Shown here: in pieces, positions 9,783 through 18,317 of the stretch | Layout of the letters: each line of letters opens with the position of its first letter | Numbering within the stretch: position 1 is the first letter of the stretch | Virus record (IMG/VR): IMGVR_UViG_3300037440_000441 | Span: 1-48,162 of that record | Source of the DNA: a virus | Lineage: Duplodnaviria; Caudoviricetes | Length of the DNA stretch: 48,162 nt | Strand: one strand, 5' to 3' | Notes under the pieces: generated by a model | The model's input: the letters and a program-made list of their open reading frames with translations, nothing else | What the model was told of the DNA's origin: nothing | Databases searched by the model: none | Program-made: the position numbers and the translations under genes

Positions 9783-11426
9783 CTACCAGCCTTTGTTGGC
9801 GGCGGCGCGCTGCTCAGCGCCCACCCGTGCTTTGGTGTTGGCGAGGATCCAGCCGATCGAGCCGGTCGGATGCGGGTTGTCATTAGCCGGGCGGCGCTTG
9901 GCCGGGCCGTATTCCTTGTCGAGCCCCTGGCCGACGTGCGCGATGAAGTCGACGAAGTCGTCCTTGGCGGCGCGGGGGAATTTCAGCAGCTGCTGGCGGG
10001 CGTCCTTGTACCAGGGCGCGAACCGCGGAAAGCGCACCATGCCCATCGACATGCGGCCCTGGATCGACCGGGCCCGGGTCATCTTGTCCTTGGCCGGCGT
10101 CACCGGATCGAGCGTGACGTAGGTGCTGCTCTCGCGCATGCGCTTGCGCAGGAACGGGCCGAACGCCTTGGAGATCAGTTCGTTCTCCAGCCACCACAGT
10201 TGCGGCTTGTGCAGCTTGAACTGGCGGATCAGCTCCTCGACCGTCTTGTCGGTCTCCATCTGCCGCCAGGCGACGTCCGGCATGATCCAGAGGTTGTCGT
10301 CCTTGTCGACGCCGACGCAGCCGATGACGGTATAGTCGCGCCCCTGCTTCTCGCTCACCGCATGGTCGGACGCGCCATACATGCGCAGTTCGGAGCGCGG
10401 CGGCAGATCGGCCATGTCGTACTCGACAAGATATTCGGCCTTGAAATAGTCGCCGTCATCGGGCGACGGCTTGCCCATGACCAGCGCGTCGAAGCTCGCG
10501 CTGTCACCGGCGCGCCACTCGGCGAAGAACGCCAGATCCTTCTCCTTGGAGTAGAGCGCCGACATCGGCACGTCGCCGAACTGCTCGATCACCGCCGGGT
10601 CGGTCGGCTGCTCGAGCGTCAGCCCGAGCGCCTTGGCGAGCTTGGGGTCGGTGACCACGCCGGGAAGGTTCCAGTAGTCCCACTTCAAGATGTCGTGCTT
10701 GAACCGCTTGCCGCGCTCAGGATGATCCGGGTCGACCAGCCGGCCAATCAGGTCGTCCTCGTGCCAGCGTGTGTGCAAAACCACCATACGGGTAGTATTG
10801 CCGCCGCGAGAAAAGGCAACGGCGAAGAACTTCTTCCAGTTCTGCTCGCGCAACAGTTCCGACTGCGCGTCCTCGTCGTCCTTGATCGGATCGTCGATGA
10901 TGAAATAGTCGGCAGTACGTCCTGTGATCGAGCCACGCAGCCCGGCGAACACGATGCGCCCGCCCTTGGTCGTCAGCATGCTGGTCTTCGACTGCGAACC
11001 CTTGACCAGCCGGAAATCAGGAAACACCTGCTTGAACTGCGTCGAGTTGACCGTCTGCAGGAACATCTCGCCGAGCTCGGCCGCGCGGACCTCGTTGTAG
11101 CTAGCGATGATGATGCGCGCGTTCGGGTTACGCCCGGCGATCCATCCCGGTCCGAAGATCGAAAGCGCCTGGGTTTTCCCGTGCTGAGGCGGCATCGAAA
11201 CCGCGGTGCGGCGCCGCTTACCCGCCTCGGTCTCCTCGATCACCTTGCACAGGAGATCCCCCTGCGGCGTGTCGTCGTACGTCGTCTTGCCGGGGTCGTC
11301 GGGCGCCGACGTGTCAGGCATCATGAAGCGCATGAACGGCTTCATGTGCTCGCCCGCTTCCCGGGCGGCCAGCATGCGCTTGGCGGCAAGGACGCGCGCC
11401 TCGAGGTCGTCGTTGCGCTCGGTCAC
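9783..11426 (-). CDS. terL: terminase large subunit
   Basis: Walker A 'MPPQHGKT', 'GSITGRTAD', Walker B 'IIDDPIK', 'TRWHEDDLIG', nuclease 'FPRAAKDDFVD'. Confidence 0.95.
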   Translation of the reverse strand: MTERNDDLEARVLAAKRMLAAREAGEHMKPFMRFMMPDTSAPDDPGKTTYDDTPQGDLLCKVIEETEAGKRRRTAVSMPPQHGKTQALSIFGPGWIAGRNPNARIIIASYNEVRAAELGEMFLQTVNSTQFKQVFPDFRLVKGSQSKTSMLTTKGGRIVFAGLRGSITGRTADYFIIDDPIKDDEDAQSELLREQNWKKFFAVAFSRGGNTTRMVVLHTRWHEDDLIGRLVDPDHPERGKRFKHDILKWDYWNLPGVVTDPKLAKALGLTLEQPTDPAVIEQFGDVPMSALYSKEKDLAFFAEWRAGDSASFDALVMGKPSPDDGDYFKAEYLVEYDMADLPPRSELRMYGASDHAVSEKQGRDYTVIGCVGVDKDDNLWIMPDVAWRQMETDKTVEELIRQFKLHKPQLWWLENELISKAFGPFLRKRMRESSTYVTLDPVTPAKDKMTRARSIQGRMSMGMVRFPRFAPWYKDARQQLLKFPRAAKDDFVDFIAHVGQGLDKEYGPAKRRPANDNPHPTGSIGWILANTKARVGAEQRAAANKGW

Positions 11427-11710
11427 TTGGTCTGCTCCACCAGCTTGACCAGCAGGGAATCGATGCGCTCGTTGGTGCGCCGCTGCTCGTCGCGCATGGC
11501 GATCAGCATGGTCTCGATGCGGGTGATGTGCCCGGTCAGGTCGTCACGCCGGACATACTCGTCGCGCACCTTGTTGACCCGCTCGTGCAGCGCGGCATCG
11601 CCGTCGGCAATCGTCTTGGCCACCTGGCGGTCGCGCATGACGTAGCCGCCGATGGCGGCAGCCGCGGCGGCGACGGCGCCGACAATCTCGGTGGTCGAGA
11701 ACTCCGCCAT
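11423..11710 (-). CDS. small TM + coiled-coil protein
   Basis: MAEFSTTEIVGAVAAAAAAIGGYV followed by a coiled coil ('YVRRDDL..HITRIE'). Overlaps the terL start. Confidence 0.6.
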   Translation of the reverse strand: MAEFSTTEIVGAVAAAAAAIGGYVMRDRQVAKTIADGDAALHERVNKVRDEYVRRDDLTGHITRIETMLIAMRDEQRRTNERIDSLLVKLVEQTK

Positions 11711-12150
11711 CAGAGCGCCCACGTGACGGCGAGAACGGTCAGCACGCCGAGCAGCCAGCCCGCCATACCGCCGGCGGTGACACCGCAGAAGGCGAGATAT
11801 TTGGAAGGCATCTCCTCCCCGCACGCGGCGTCGCCGGTGCTGCCGTTGGCGATCTCCATGAACGTCGGGATCACGTCCTTGGCGTTATGGTAGAACCGCC
11901 TCTTCGCCGAGCCATCGTCCGGCTTGCCGATCAGTGCGTCGCGCAGCGCGCCGGTCATCGCCGGGTCGGCGAGCACCTTGTCGCGGGACGGGAACAGGTA
12001 CGCCTTGCCGTAGCTACGGCCGCGCAAGGTGTAGTTGATCGAGGAGTCCACCCACGCGATGGCCGACACCAGGGCGGCGAACGCCATGTGGCGGTATGTC
12101 GGGGCGGGTGCTATGCTGGTCATGCGTACCGGCGGTGTTGGCTCTGCCAC
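11710..12150 (-). CDS. hypothetical membrane protein
   Basis: Hydrophobic N- and C-terminal segments. Downstream of a predicted promoter. Exact start uncertain. Confidence 0.5.
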   Translation of the reverse strand: MAEPTPPVRMTSIAPAPTYRHMAFAALVSAIAWVDSSINYTLRGRSYGKAYLFPSRDKVLADPAMTGALRDALIGKPDDGSAKRRFYHNAKDVIPTFMEIANGSTGDAACGEEMPSKYLAFCGVTAGGMAGWLLGVLTVLAVTWAL

Positions 12151-12191
12151 AGGGAGTGCCGACAGCGAACGGCCGTTACGCTAGATCAGGT

Positions 12192-12225
12192 CGAATATAG
12201 CGTGTCGCGCGGTGTAGCGCAACAA
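12192..12225 (-). promoter_or_regulatory. sigma70-like promoter (copy 1 of a duplicated 34-bp element)
   Basis: Minus strand TTGCGC-N17-TATATT. 30/34 identical to 14382-14415. Confidence 0.65.
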
Positions 12226-12380
12226 AAGCGACATTGGTGCTGGAGGGTTGCAATCGTGGAATGGATGTTTGGGACAACCGGACTGCTGGCAGGGCTGGGC
12301 ATCGGGCTCGCACTAGGTGTGCATTTCGCCAGGGGGCGTGAGCGCAACCGGAGAGTGGCCGGGTTCTTGCGGTCCGGCGT

Positions 12381-13220
12381 CTAGCGCCACGACGCCAGCA
12401 CCAGGTGTTTGCTGGCGCCTGCCCCTGACGCGAAGTCCGCTTCGATCGTCAGCCCGGTCTGCGCGTCTGCGAACGCATCGGAGGCAGAGCTCTGCGTCTG
12501 AGCCGATTCCAGTTGGAAATCGGACCGTTCCGTCAGCCCTGCCGTCCACGTCACAGTTGTCGTTGTGAAGGTCAGCGCCCCACCAACCGCCACGCCGCCG
12601 GCCGAAATGTTCAGGTCGTCCGAGATCGGGTCGGCCGCCGAAGCGGAACCTGTGTCGGTCGGTGTCGCGGACTGGACATTATGCGCCTGGAACGCGTCGA
12701 TGGCACAGCGGGCGCGGGCGGCGCTGAACGTGATGACGATATCGCCCGTCGTCCCGGTCGGAACTACTGCGTACCAGATATGCGCGTCGACCGTGGCGGT
12801 GTCGTTGCTGGCAACCGCCGGCGCTGCCGACACGCCGCCGATCGTCATCGTGCTGATGGTGACAGCAGTGCCACCCGCGCCGCTGGAATAGACAACGACG
12901 GGAATCAGACGGCCCGCAGCCTCCGTCCCCAGCGCATGGCCGGCGAAGGTATACGTGGTCAGGTTGGCCGTGCTCGACCCTGATGCGGTCCACGCTATGG
13001 TGGCAGGGGGTCCGCCCCCCGGCACCGCCAGCACCAGGAACATCGCCTCTTTCGCCTGCTCCCGGGTGATCAGTTTGCGCCGCACCAGATCGGAGATGGC
13101 GACACGGCGCGCCGCACGGTCCATCGGCAAATAGCCGGGCGTCAGCAGGCGGTCACCGACCGGTCGGATGATCGCCGGCGCGGGCGGCAGCCACAGAGGC
13201 GGTGGGCCGAGATCGATCAC
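12381..13220 (-). CDS. putative tail/virion beta-rich protein
   Basis: 279 aa, Ala/Thr/Gly-rich, coupled to the upstream tail-fibre-like gene. Confidence 0.55.
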   Translation of the reverse strand: MIDLGPPPLWLPPAPAIIRPVGDRLLTPGYLPMDRAARRVAISDLVRRKLITREQAKEAMFLVLAVPGGGPPATIAWTASGSSTANLTTYTFAGHALGTEAAGRLIPVVVYSSGAGGTAVTISTMTIGGVSAAPAVASNDTATVDAHIWYAVVPTGTTGDIVITFSAARARCAIDAFQAHNVQSATPTDTGSASAADPISDDLNISAGGVAVGGALTFTTTTVTWTAGLTERSDFQLESAQTQSSASDAFADAQTGLTIEADFASGAGASKHLVLASWR

Positions 13221-14326
13221 GTCAGGTCAACCGCGCCGGACGCGCCCATGAAGATCGCCTTGGCGCCGTCTGGCGAGTAGAAGACGAACACCATCGTCTC
13301 GTCGACAGTGCTCGACACGGTGGTCATCGTTCCGAGGAACACGGCATCCCACGCCAGTGTCTTGGCCGAACTGGCGTGCTGAGTGACCGCCAGCGAAAAG
13401 AACATCCCGGCTTTCATGTTCGACGGCGCATCGACGGTCGTGTCCTCGGTCAGGACGTGCAGCGCCGCCTGCGCCGCCGCGACGTCCCATGCCACCGCAT
13501 TGGAGGTCGACGTCAGCGCGGCCTGGTCGAAATTCTGCGCCGCGGTCCACTCGTTCGCCTCGGCCAGCGTCTGCGCGTCGATCGCCTGCGCGGTGCGCAG
13601 CGGCGTCATCGCCTTGGTGTTGTCCGAGCCGGCTTCCGCCTCCGACTGGTTCGCCGGGCCCTCGATCGTGCCGGTGAGCGTGCGCACCTGCGCCGCGGTA
13701 AGATCGGTCGGAGCGCCGCTGCCGGCTGCCGCTGCACGGCCTTTGATGGTCGCTTGCGCCATGTTGGCCAGGCGGGCGTTGGCGATGGCGCCGGTGTCGA
13801 TCTCGAGCAGCGTCTGCACCTGCGCAACGGTCAGGTTCTCCGGCGCACCGGTCGACGTACGGCGGCCCTTGATGGTCGACGCCGCCATGTCGGCCAGCTT
13901 GGCGTTGGTGAGCGAGCCGTCGTCGATCGTGTTGGCGGTCGACAGGTCGGCTAGAAGCTCCCACCGCTCGGCCGCCAAGTCGGTCGCGAAGGTGCCTGCG
14001 GTGTGGGACACCAGGCAGGCGTAGAACTTGTTGTTGATGAAGACGGTGGACGAATCGGCGACGTAGTTGGTCCCGGTCTCCCACGCTACCGGCGCAGCGA
14101 AGCCGATCGCCAGTCCGGCCGAAAGCTGGTCGGATCCGACCACGCCATTGGCCAGGGCACCGTCGTCGCGCTGCAGCAGAGCGAGATTCTGCGCGAACGC
14201 GTCCAGCGTGATCTTGACCTGGTTGAACTCGCTGTCGAGCGAGACACCAGACATCGGCGCGCTCGGCGACGCGGCCTGGTAGTCCTGAAAACTGGCCTGA
14301 CGGTTGTAGGTGGGCGGTTGTGCCAT
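13217..14326 (-). CDS. tail fibre-like protein
   Basis: N-terminal 'PTYNRQASF...LDSEFN' virion-attachment segment. CBM-like 'W.TGTNY...Y.C..SHT.GTF..DL...W' module. Duplicated 'NAKLADMAASTIKGR / NARLANMAQATIKGR'. Confidence 0.65.
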   Translation of the reverse strand: MAQPPTYNRQASFQDYQAASPSAPMSGVSLDSEFNQVKITLDAFAQNLALLQRDDGALANGVVGSDQLSAGLAIGFAAPVAWETGTNYVADSSTVFINNKFYACLVSHTAGTFATDLAAERWELLADLSTANTIDDGSLTNAKLADMAASTIKGRRTSTGAPENLTVAQVQTLLEIDTGAIANARLANMAQATIKGRAAAAGSGAPTDLTAAQVRTLTGTIEGPANQSEAEAGSDNTKAMTPLRTAQAIDAQTLAEANEWTAAQNFDQAALTSTSNAVAWDVAAAQAALHVLTEDTTVDAPSNMKAGMFFSLAVTQHASSAKTLAWDAVFLGTMTTVSSTVDETMVFVFYSPDGAKAIFMGASGAVDLT

Positions 14327-14381
14327 GCTGGTCGCACTCGCGGCTGTTCAACCGGCGGCGACGCGGCCATTACGCCCTGCC

Positions 14382-14415
14382 CGAATGTAGCGTGTCGCTC
14401 GTTGTCGCGCAACAA
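14382..14415 (-). promoter_or_regulatory. sigma70-like promoter (copy 2), head of the late operon
   Basis: Minus strand TTGCGC-N17-TACATT. Near-identical to 12192-12225. Confidence 0.65.
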
Positions 14416-14461
14416 GAATTGATCTATGCTACGGACAACCCTGTCTCCGGAGCCTGTACCC

Positions 14462-15679
14462 ATGTCCGATCTTTCCAACTTCCTGCTCGCCGGCAAGAAC
14501 CGCAGCCACATCGACGGCATGGATCCGCGCCTCGCCGAGCGGCTTGCCGCGCTGCTCGGCGCCGCCCCGGGCCAGGCGACCATCTATTCGGGCTACCGCG
14601 ACCCGAAGCACCAGCAGATGCTGTTCGAGCGCGCGGTCGCCAAGTACGGCTCACCGCAGGCCGCCCGCAAGTGGGTGGCGCCGCCCGGCAAGTCGCAGCA
14701 CAACGCCGGCTCGGCCGCCGATCTGCGCTTCGCCTCGCCGCAAGTGCGCGAATTCGTCCACCAGAACGCCGCGAAGTACGGGCTGGCGTTTCCGCTCGGT
14801 CACGAGCCGTGGCACGTCGAGCTCGCCGGCGCCCGGGACGGCAATGCGGCCGAATATGCGCCGTCCGGCGCCGGTGCGCTGCCGCCCGACCACCCGCTGG
14901 CCATTCGCAAGCCGTCCGAGCCGCTTCAGGCAACCGATCTGCTGATGGAGTTGCAGAATCCGGCGCCGACGCGGCGCGACCCCACCGAAATGTCGCTCGA
15001 CAACGACCAGATGAGCGGGACCGACCTCCTGCTCGACCTCCAGCGCAGCCCGAGCGGCCTGACGGTGTCGCCGCGGGCCGAATCAGCCACCCCCGTCGGG
15101 CCCGACATGGACTTCGTGCCGAAAATCGACCCGCAGGCGGTCGAATTCGCCCCGCCGCGGCGCCCGGTGACGCCAACACCGCCATTTTCGGCCGCCGCAG
15201 CCGCTCCGGCGCCGGCTACGCCCGATATCTGGTCGCCGCCGGTGATCGACCCGCAGCTTTCGCGCGGCGATCCGTCCGACAACCCGCCCTTCCCGCCCCA
15301 GCCGCAGCCGAACATGGCACGGATGGCCAACGTGCCGCAGCCAGCGGCCAAGCCGTCGCCTGAATCGATCGTTCCGACCACGCCGCCGGCGCTCACGCCC
15401 GATCGCAAGGACGATCCGCTGCTCGAGGCGCTGTTGTCGCGCCGGCCAGGGGGTGGCGGTGGGGCTCCGGTGGGCGAAAAGCCGCGTCCGGACATGGATC
15501 TCGGCGATCAGGGGTCGATTCTCGACGGGGTGGCACCGCTGCAGATGGCTCAGGTCGCCCCGCCTGACGCGCCGGGCAGCGATCTCACGTCTCTGGGGGC
15601 GGTTCTCGCGCGGATCCTGCAGGAAGCACTGGCGCCGCAGATTTCGCTGCAGCAGCGGCAGGCGGCTGGGCTCGTCTAG
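14462..15679 (+). CDS. M15-family (VanY-like) peptidoglycan peptidase domain + long Pro-rich disordered tail
   Basis: 'IYSGYR..QQ.LF...VAPPGKSQHNAGSAAD...YGLAFPLGHEPWH' has the SxH..D and EPWH zinc motifs. GGAG RBS. Confidence 0.8.
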   Translation: MSDLSNFLLAGKNRSHIDGMDPRLAERLAALLGAAPGQATIYSGYRDPKHQQMLFERAVAKYGSPQAARKWVAPPGKSQHNAGSAADLRFASPQVREFVHQNAAKYGLAFPLGHEPWHVELAGARDGNAAEYAPSGAGALPPDHPLAIRKPSEPLQATDLLMELQNPAPTRRDPTEMSLDNDQMSGTDLLLDLQRSPSGLTVSPRAESATPVGPDMDFVPKIDPQAVEFAPPRRPVTPTPPFSAAAAAPAPATPDIWSPPVIDPQLSRGDPSDNPPFPPQPQPNMARMANVPQPAAKPSPESIVPTTPPALTPDRKDDPLLEALLSRRPGGGGGAPVGEKPRPDMDLGDQGSILDGVAPLQMAQVAPPDAPGSDLTSLGAVLARILQEALAPQISLQQRQAAGLV

Positions 15680-15809
15680 CCGCTGCCCGCAGCCCTATGC
15701 TGGCGACTGCGGCGCTGTCGTGGTCCGGATACCCGTTGGCGATCATCTTGAGCGCAGCTTCGAGCAGATTCGCCCGGCGCACCATCTCCTTTAGCCGGTC
15801 CTGAATCAC
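15585..15809 (-). CDS. hypothetical protein
   Basis: VIQDRLKEMVRRANLLEAAL..., last of a chain of coupled small genes. Its 3' end overlaps the convergent M15 gene. Confidence 0.35.
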   Translation of the reverse strand: MIQDRLKEMVRRANLLEAALKMIANGYPDHDSAAVASIGLRAAARRAQPPAAAAAKSAAPVLPAGSAREPPPET

Positions 15810-16003
15810 GACGCTTCCCTCTCTTCCCAAAGGCACGCCTCGCGCCAGTGCGGCAGCGGGGCGCGGATCGGCTCCGGTCGCACAGCGTGGCCAGTGAAGC
15901 GGTAGTTGTGGCCGGTGTGGGTGCACCGGGCGCAGGTCGAGTGCTCGCCGTGGCGGCGCACGTCTGTCGAGCCGCAGGCCGGGCAGATGGGGGTGGTTTT
16001 CAC
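15806..16003 (-). CDS. small zinc-ribbon protein
   Basis: CPAC...CARC, GTG start overlapping the upstream stop. Confidence 0.5.
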   Translation of the reverse strand: MKTTPICPACGSTDVRRHGEHSTCARCTHTGHNYRFTGHAVRPEPIRAPLPHWREACLWEEREAS

Positions 16004-16353
16004 GCCGTCCCCCTCATGGCGCGGGCTGTTTCGACCGCCTCGGGGTTTTCGTCGCGCCATTTCTGCCAACTCTCGTCCGTCAGCTTCCACTCCAGCCATT
16101 CGGGATGGTCCGGCTTCGGCTCGAACGGCTCTTTGCCTTGACTGCAGCGAGCGCAGAACGGGCCGGCGGCGCTCAGATGGTGGCCGCAGAAGTGCAGACC
16201 GCAGCCATCTTCGCCGCCGTAGACATCGCCGCCACAGACATACCCGATGCCCCGGTCAATCTTCCGGTCGCACTCGGGATGGTCGCAGTGGGCCGGCACG
16301 CCGTACCCAATGTCGCGCTTCCAGTTCGAGTCGTAACCAACAGCCCAGCTCAT
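16000..16353 (-). CDS. Cys/His-rich phage hypothetical protein
   Basis: MSWAVGYDSNWKRDIGYGVPAHCDHPEC...IDRG..YVCG...GCGLHFC. Confidence 0.7.
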   Translation of the reverse strand: MSWAVGYDSNWKRDIGYGVPAHCDHPECDRKIDRGIGYVCGGDVYGGEDGCGLHFCGHHLSAAGPFCARCSQGKEPFEPKPDHPEWLEWKLTDESWQKWRDENPEAVETARAMRGTA

Positions 16354-16574
16354 CACGTTTCCCACGTCCACGGGCCGCACTTCCACGTCCGGCCACGGAT
16401 CGAGTTGCGCAGGTCGCGCTGCTCGCGTGCGTGCGCCTCGGCCGCGGCATACAACTGGTCGCCAGTCTTCGTGATTTGGCTCCGGAAGGCCAACTGCTGT
16501 TGGTACGCAGCCTGTTGAACGAGCGCGGCTTGATGCGCGTGCGACTGAGCGAAAGCTCCGAAAACACTGAGCAT
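16353..16574 (-). CDS. hypothetical protein
   Basis: MLSVFGAFAQ..., with stop/start overlaps on both sides. Confidence 0.45.
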   Translation of the reverse strand: MLSVFGAFAQSHAHQAALVQQAAYQQQLAFRSQITKTGDQLYAAAEAHAREQRDLRNSIRGRTWKCGPWTWET

Positions 16575-16660
16575 CACGGCACACCGTTCCACTTAGCCAC
16601 CACGATGACCGCGAAGACCACGAGCGCGATGCCGGCGACGATGAGCAGGGTGGGGTTCAT
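16574..16660 (-). CDS. 28-aa single-TM peptide
   Basis: MNPTLLIVAGIALVVFAVIVVAKWNGVP, GGAG RBS, fills the gap between coupled ORFs. Absent from the ORF track. Confidence 0.5.
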   Translation of the reverse strand: MNPTLLIVAGIALVVFAVIVVAKWNGVP

Positions 16661-16662
16661 GG

Positions 16663-16962
16663 TCAGAATCTCCCGATGCCGTCGAGCGCCTCGGCCAGCC
16701 TATTGTTCAGCACGTCCAGCTTGTTCGCCATCACCGCCGAGCGGCTCCGATAGCATGGCGGCTCCGCGGGTCCACCTGCCCCGGCGGTTTGGGTCGCTGC
16801 GGACGGGCAGGGGCCGATCTGGCGGTCACGCAGGCATTCGGCTTGCTCGGCCAGGTCACAGAGGCGGTGCAGCCGGTTCATCATGCTGTCGGCGATGATC
16901 TCGAACTCGGGAGCATCCTTGGCTTCAGAAGCCGTGCTGAGCGCGTATCCACTGGATTCCAT
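16663..16962 (-). CDS. hypothetical protein
   Basis: 99 aa, AAGGAG RBS. Confidence 0.6.
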   Translation of the reverse strand: MESSGYALSTASEAKDAPEFEIIADSMMNRLHRLCDLAEQAECLRDRQIGPCPSAATQTAGAGGPAEPPCYRSRSAVMANKLDVLNNRLAEALDGIGRF

Positions 16963-17053
16963 ATCGGTCTCCTTAGGGTTGAAAGTTCCCCCGACCGGCG
17001 GGACAGGAGGGGGAGGGACGCACCGGCCGGGGGTTATCGCCTCTAGGGCGAAT

Positions 17054-17182
17054 TCAGAAGGGGAAGCCTTCGATCTCGTTGATCGCGTCGTCGAGAGCGT
17101 CGAGAATGTCGCGCTCTTTCATGCCCTGCTCGCGCCACTTGGCGATAAGCTCGGTCAGTTCAGTCTCGAAGGTCGCGCCCAT
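17054..17182 (-). CDS. 42-aa acidic hypothetical protein
   Basis: MGATFETELTELIAKWREQGMKERDILDALDDAINEIEGFPF, strong GAGGAGG RBS. Absent from the ORF track. Confidence 0.6.
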   Translation of the reverse strand: MGATFETELTELIAKWREQGMKERDILDALDDAINEIEGFPF

Positions 17183-17209
17183 GGGTTGTTCCCTCCTCGG
17201 GGGTTAGGT

Positions 17210-17339
17210 TGATCGGCGGGCCGGCGCGCTCGGGATCGAACCGGGACACCGTCGCTGTTGGCCTTCTGCTCCTACCGGCCCTTGTCCGGTCTGTGGAGGC
17301 GGTTTCAAGCCGCTTGACCTAGTGGCCGCCCGCCGATCA
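17210..17339 (-). ncRNA. candidate structured RNA / 5' leader
   Basis: A perfect 12-bp terminal stem (TGATCGGCGGGC/GCCCGCCGATCA) encloses several hairpins, including a T-loop-like CGG-TTCGATC-CCG. Begins just downstream of a promoter-like sequence. Confidence 0.45.
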
Positions 17340-17346
17340 GTAGCGC

Positions 17347-17376
17347 GACAATGGCATACATTTCAGACAATGGCAA
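17347..17376 (-). promoter_or_regulatory. putative promoter with tandem 10-bp direct repeats (TGCCATTGTC x2)
   Basis: Minus TTGCCA-N17-CATTGT. Plus-strand gacaatggca at 17347 and 17366. Confidence 0.45.
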
Positions 17377-17566
17377 GAGGGGTGTAGTTCGAAAATTTCT
17401 GCAATTTTCTGTGGACAGGCGAGACGGTCTCCGCAGGGCGCGCCGGCCCCCTCCCCAGGGGGCGGGTCCGGCCTGGCTGCTCGAGCGCGGTCAGCCGGCG
17501 CAGATCCGGGCCGATAGCCCTGTCTCCGCCCCGTTCGGGCGGAGTATAGTTTGACAGAACAAGGGT

Positions 17567-17582
17567 TTAAACGAATTTTAAC
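17567..17582 (+). promoter_or_regulatory. CtrA-binding box
   Basis: TTAA-ACGAATT-TTAAC matches the TTAA-N7-TTAA(C) consensus exactly. Intergenic, in a GC-rich genome. Confidence 0.6.
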
Positions 17583-17593
17583 GCCCAAGCTCC

Positions 17594-17670
17594 GATCACG
17601 TTTTGTAACAATCTGTAACAATTCGTGATCAGCATAAGCTGAGCTTATGGATCGATAAGCTGAGCTTATG
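17594..17670. repeat. cluster of palindromes and tandem repeats
   Basis: GATCACG...CGTGATC flanks TGTAACAAT x2. ATAAGCTGAGCTTATG palindrome occurs twice (17634, 17655). Confidence 0.75.
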
Positions 17671-17717
17671 CATCGGCATATCCGATGGGTGCATCGGCCG
17701 CGCCGATAGATGGCCGA

Positions 17718-18203
17718 TCAGTCGAATATGTCGACCATCGGCTTTGACGCCTTGACCGCCCTGACTGGCTTGGCACGATTAGCGAGCTCTTCCTCGCCCT
17801 TGTCGACAAACTCTCTAAGTTCATCCGTCGTCATCTCGTGCGGATCCTTCACGCGATCAGCCATCGCCGACTCAACGGCCTTGGGCGCGATGTGGCCTGC
17901 CCGGTCTAGCATGTCGCGAGCGCAGACCACTCGCAACCTAGGGTCTGCAGTGTCATCCTTCAGCACACCCAGGACGACGCCCAGCGCCAGCGGCGCGCCT
18001 TCGGTGGCAATGCGCCGTTGCATCTCCTGGTGGAGTATCAGCGCCAAGCGCGGATCACGACGGAACACCGCGGCCGCATCCTCAGGAAACGAGTAGCCAG
18101 CCAGTGTAGCAGCGCCGGCCGGATCATGCCCGGCAGCGATGTGACGCACTAAGGCTGCCTGCATGTCTGGCGTGCCGAGATAGTCGGCGATTTCACTGGT
18201 CAT
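17718..18203 (-). CDS. putative terminase small subunit
   Basis: N-terminal HTH 'AATLAGYS', helical core 'RLRVVCARDMLDRAG', 161 aa. Confidence 0.6.
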   Translation of the reverse strand: MTSEIADYLGTPDMQAALVRHIAAGHDPAGAATLAGYSFPEDAAAVFRRDPRLALILHQEMQRRIATEGAPLALGVVLGVLKDDTADPRLRVVCARDMLDRAGHIAPKAVESAMADRVKDPHEMTTDELREFVDKGEEELANRAKPVRAVKASKPMVDIFD

Positions 18204-18317
18204 TAGGTCAACGATCCTGACTTAAAGTTATGTTTGACACGTCGCGCTTTGTATGATCTGGTCGGGATACAGATTGCCACAAAGGCAGCGTAAACGCCAA
18301 CTCTAGGAGAAACCACG

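Noticed and set aside
1735-11645. Long plus-strand ORFs (805, 459, 663, 591 aa)
   Set aside because: Antisense shadows of well-supported minus-strand structural genes, as expected in high-GC DNA.
12381-14326. Diversity-generating retroelement acting on the tail fibre
   Set aside because: No reverse transcriptase and no TR/VR repeat pair were seen.
18234-18257. TTGACA...TATGAT early promoter
   Set aside because: The spacer is only 12 bp. A promoter probably exists here, but these two hexamers cannot be paired confidently.
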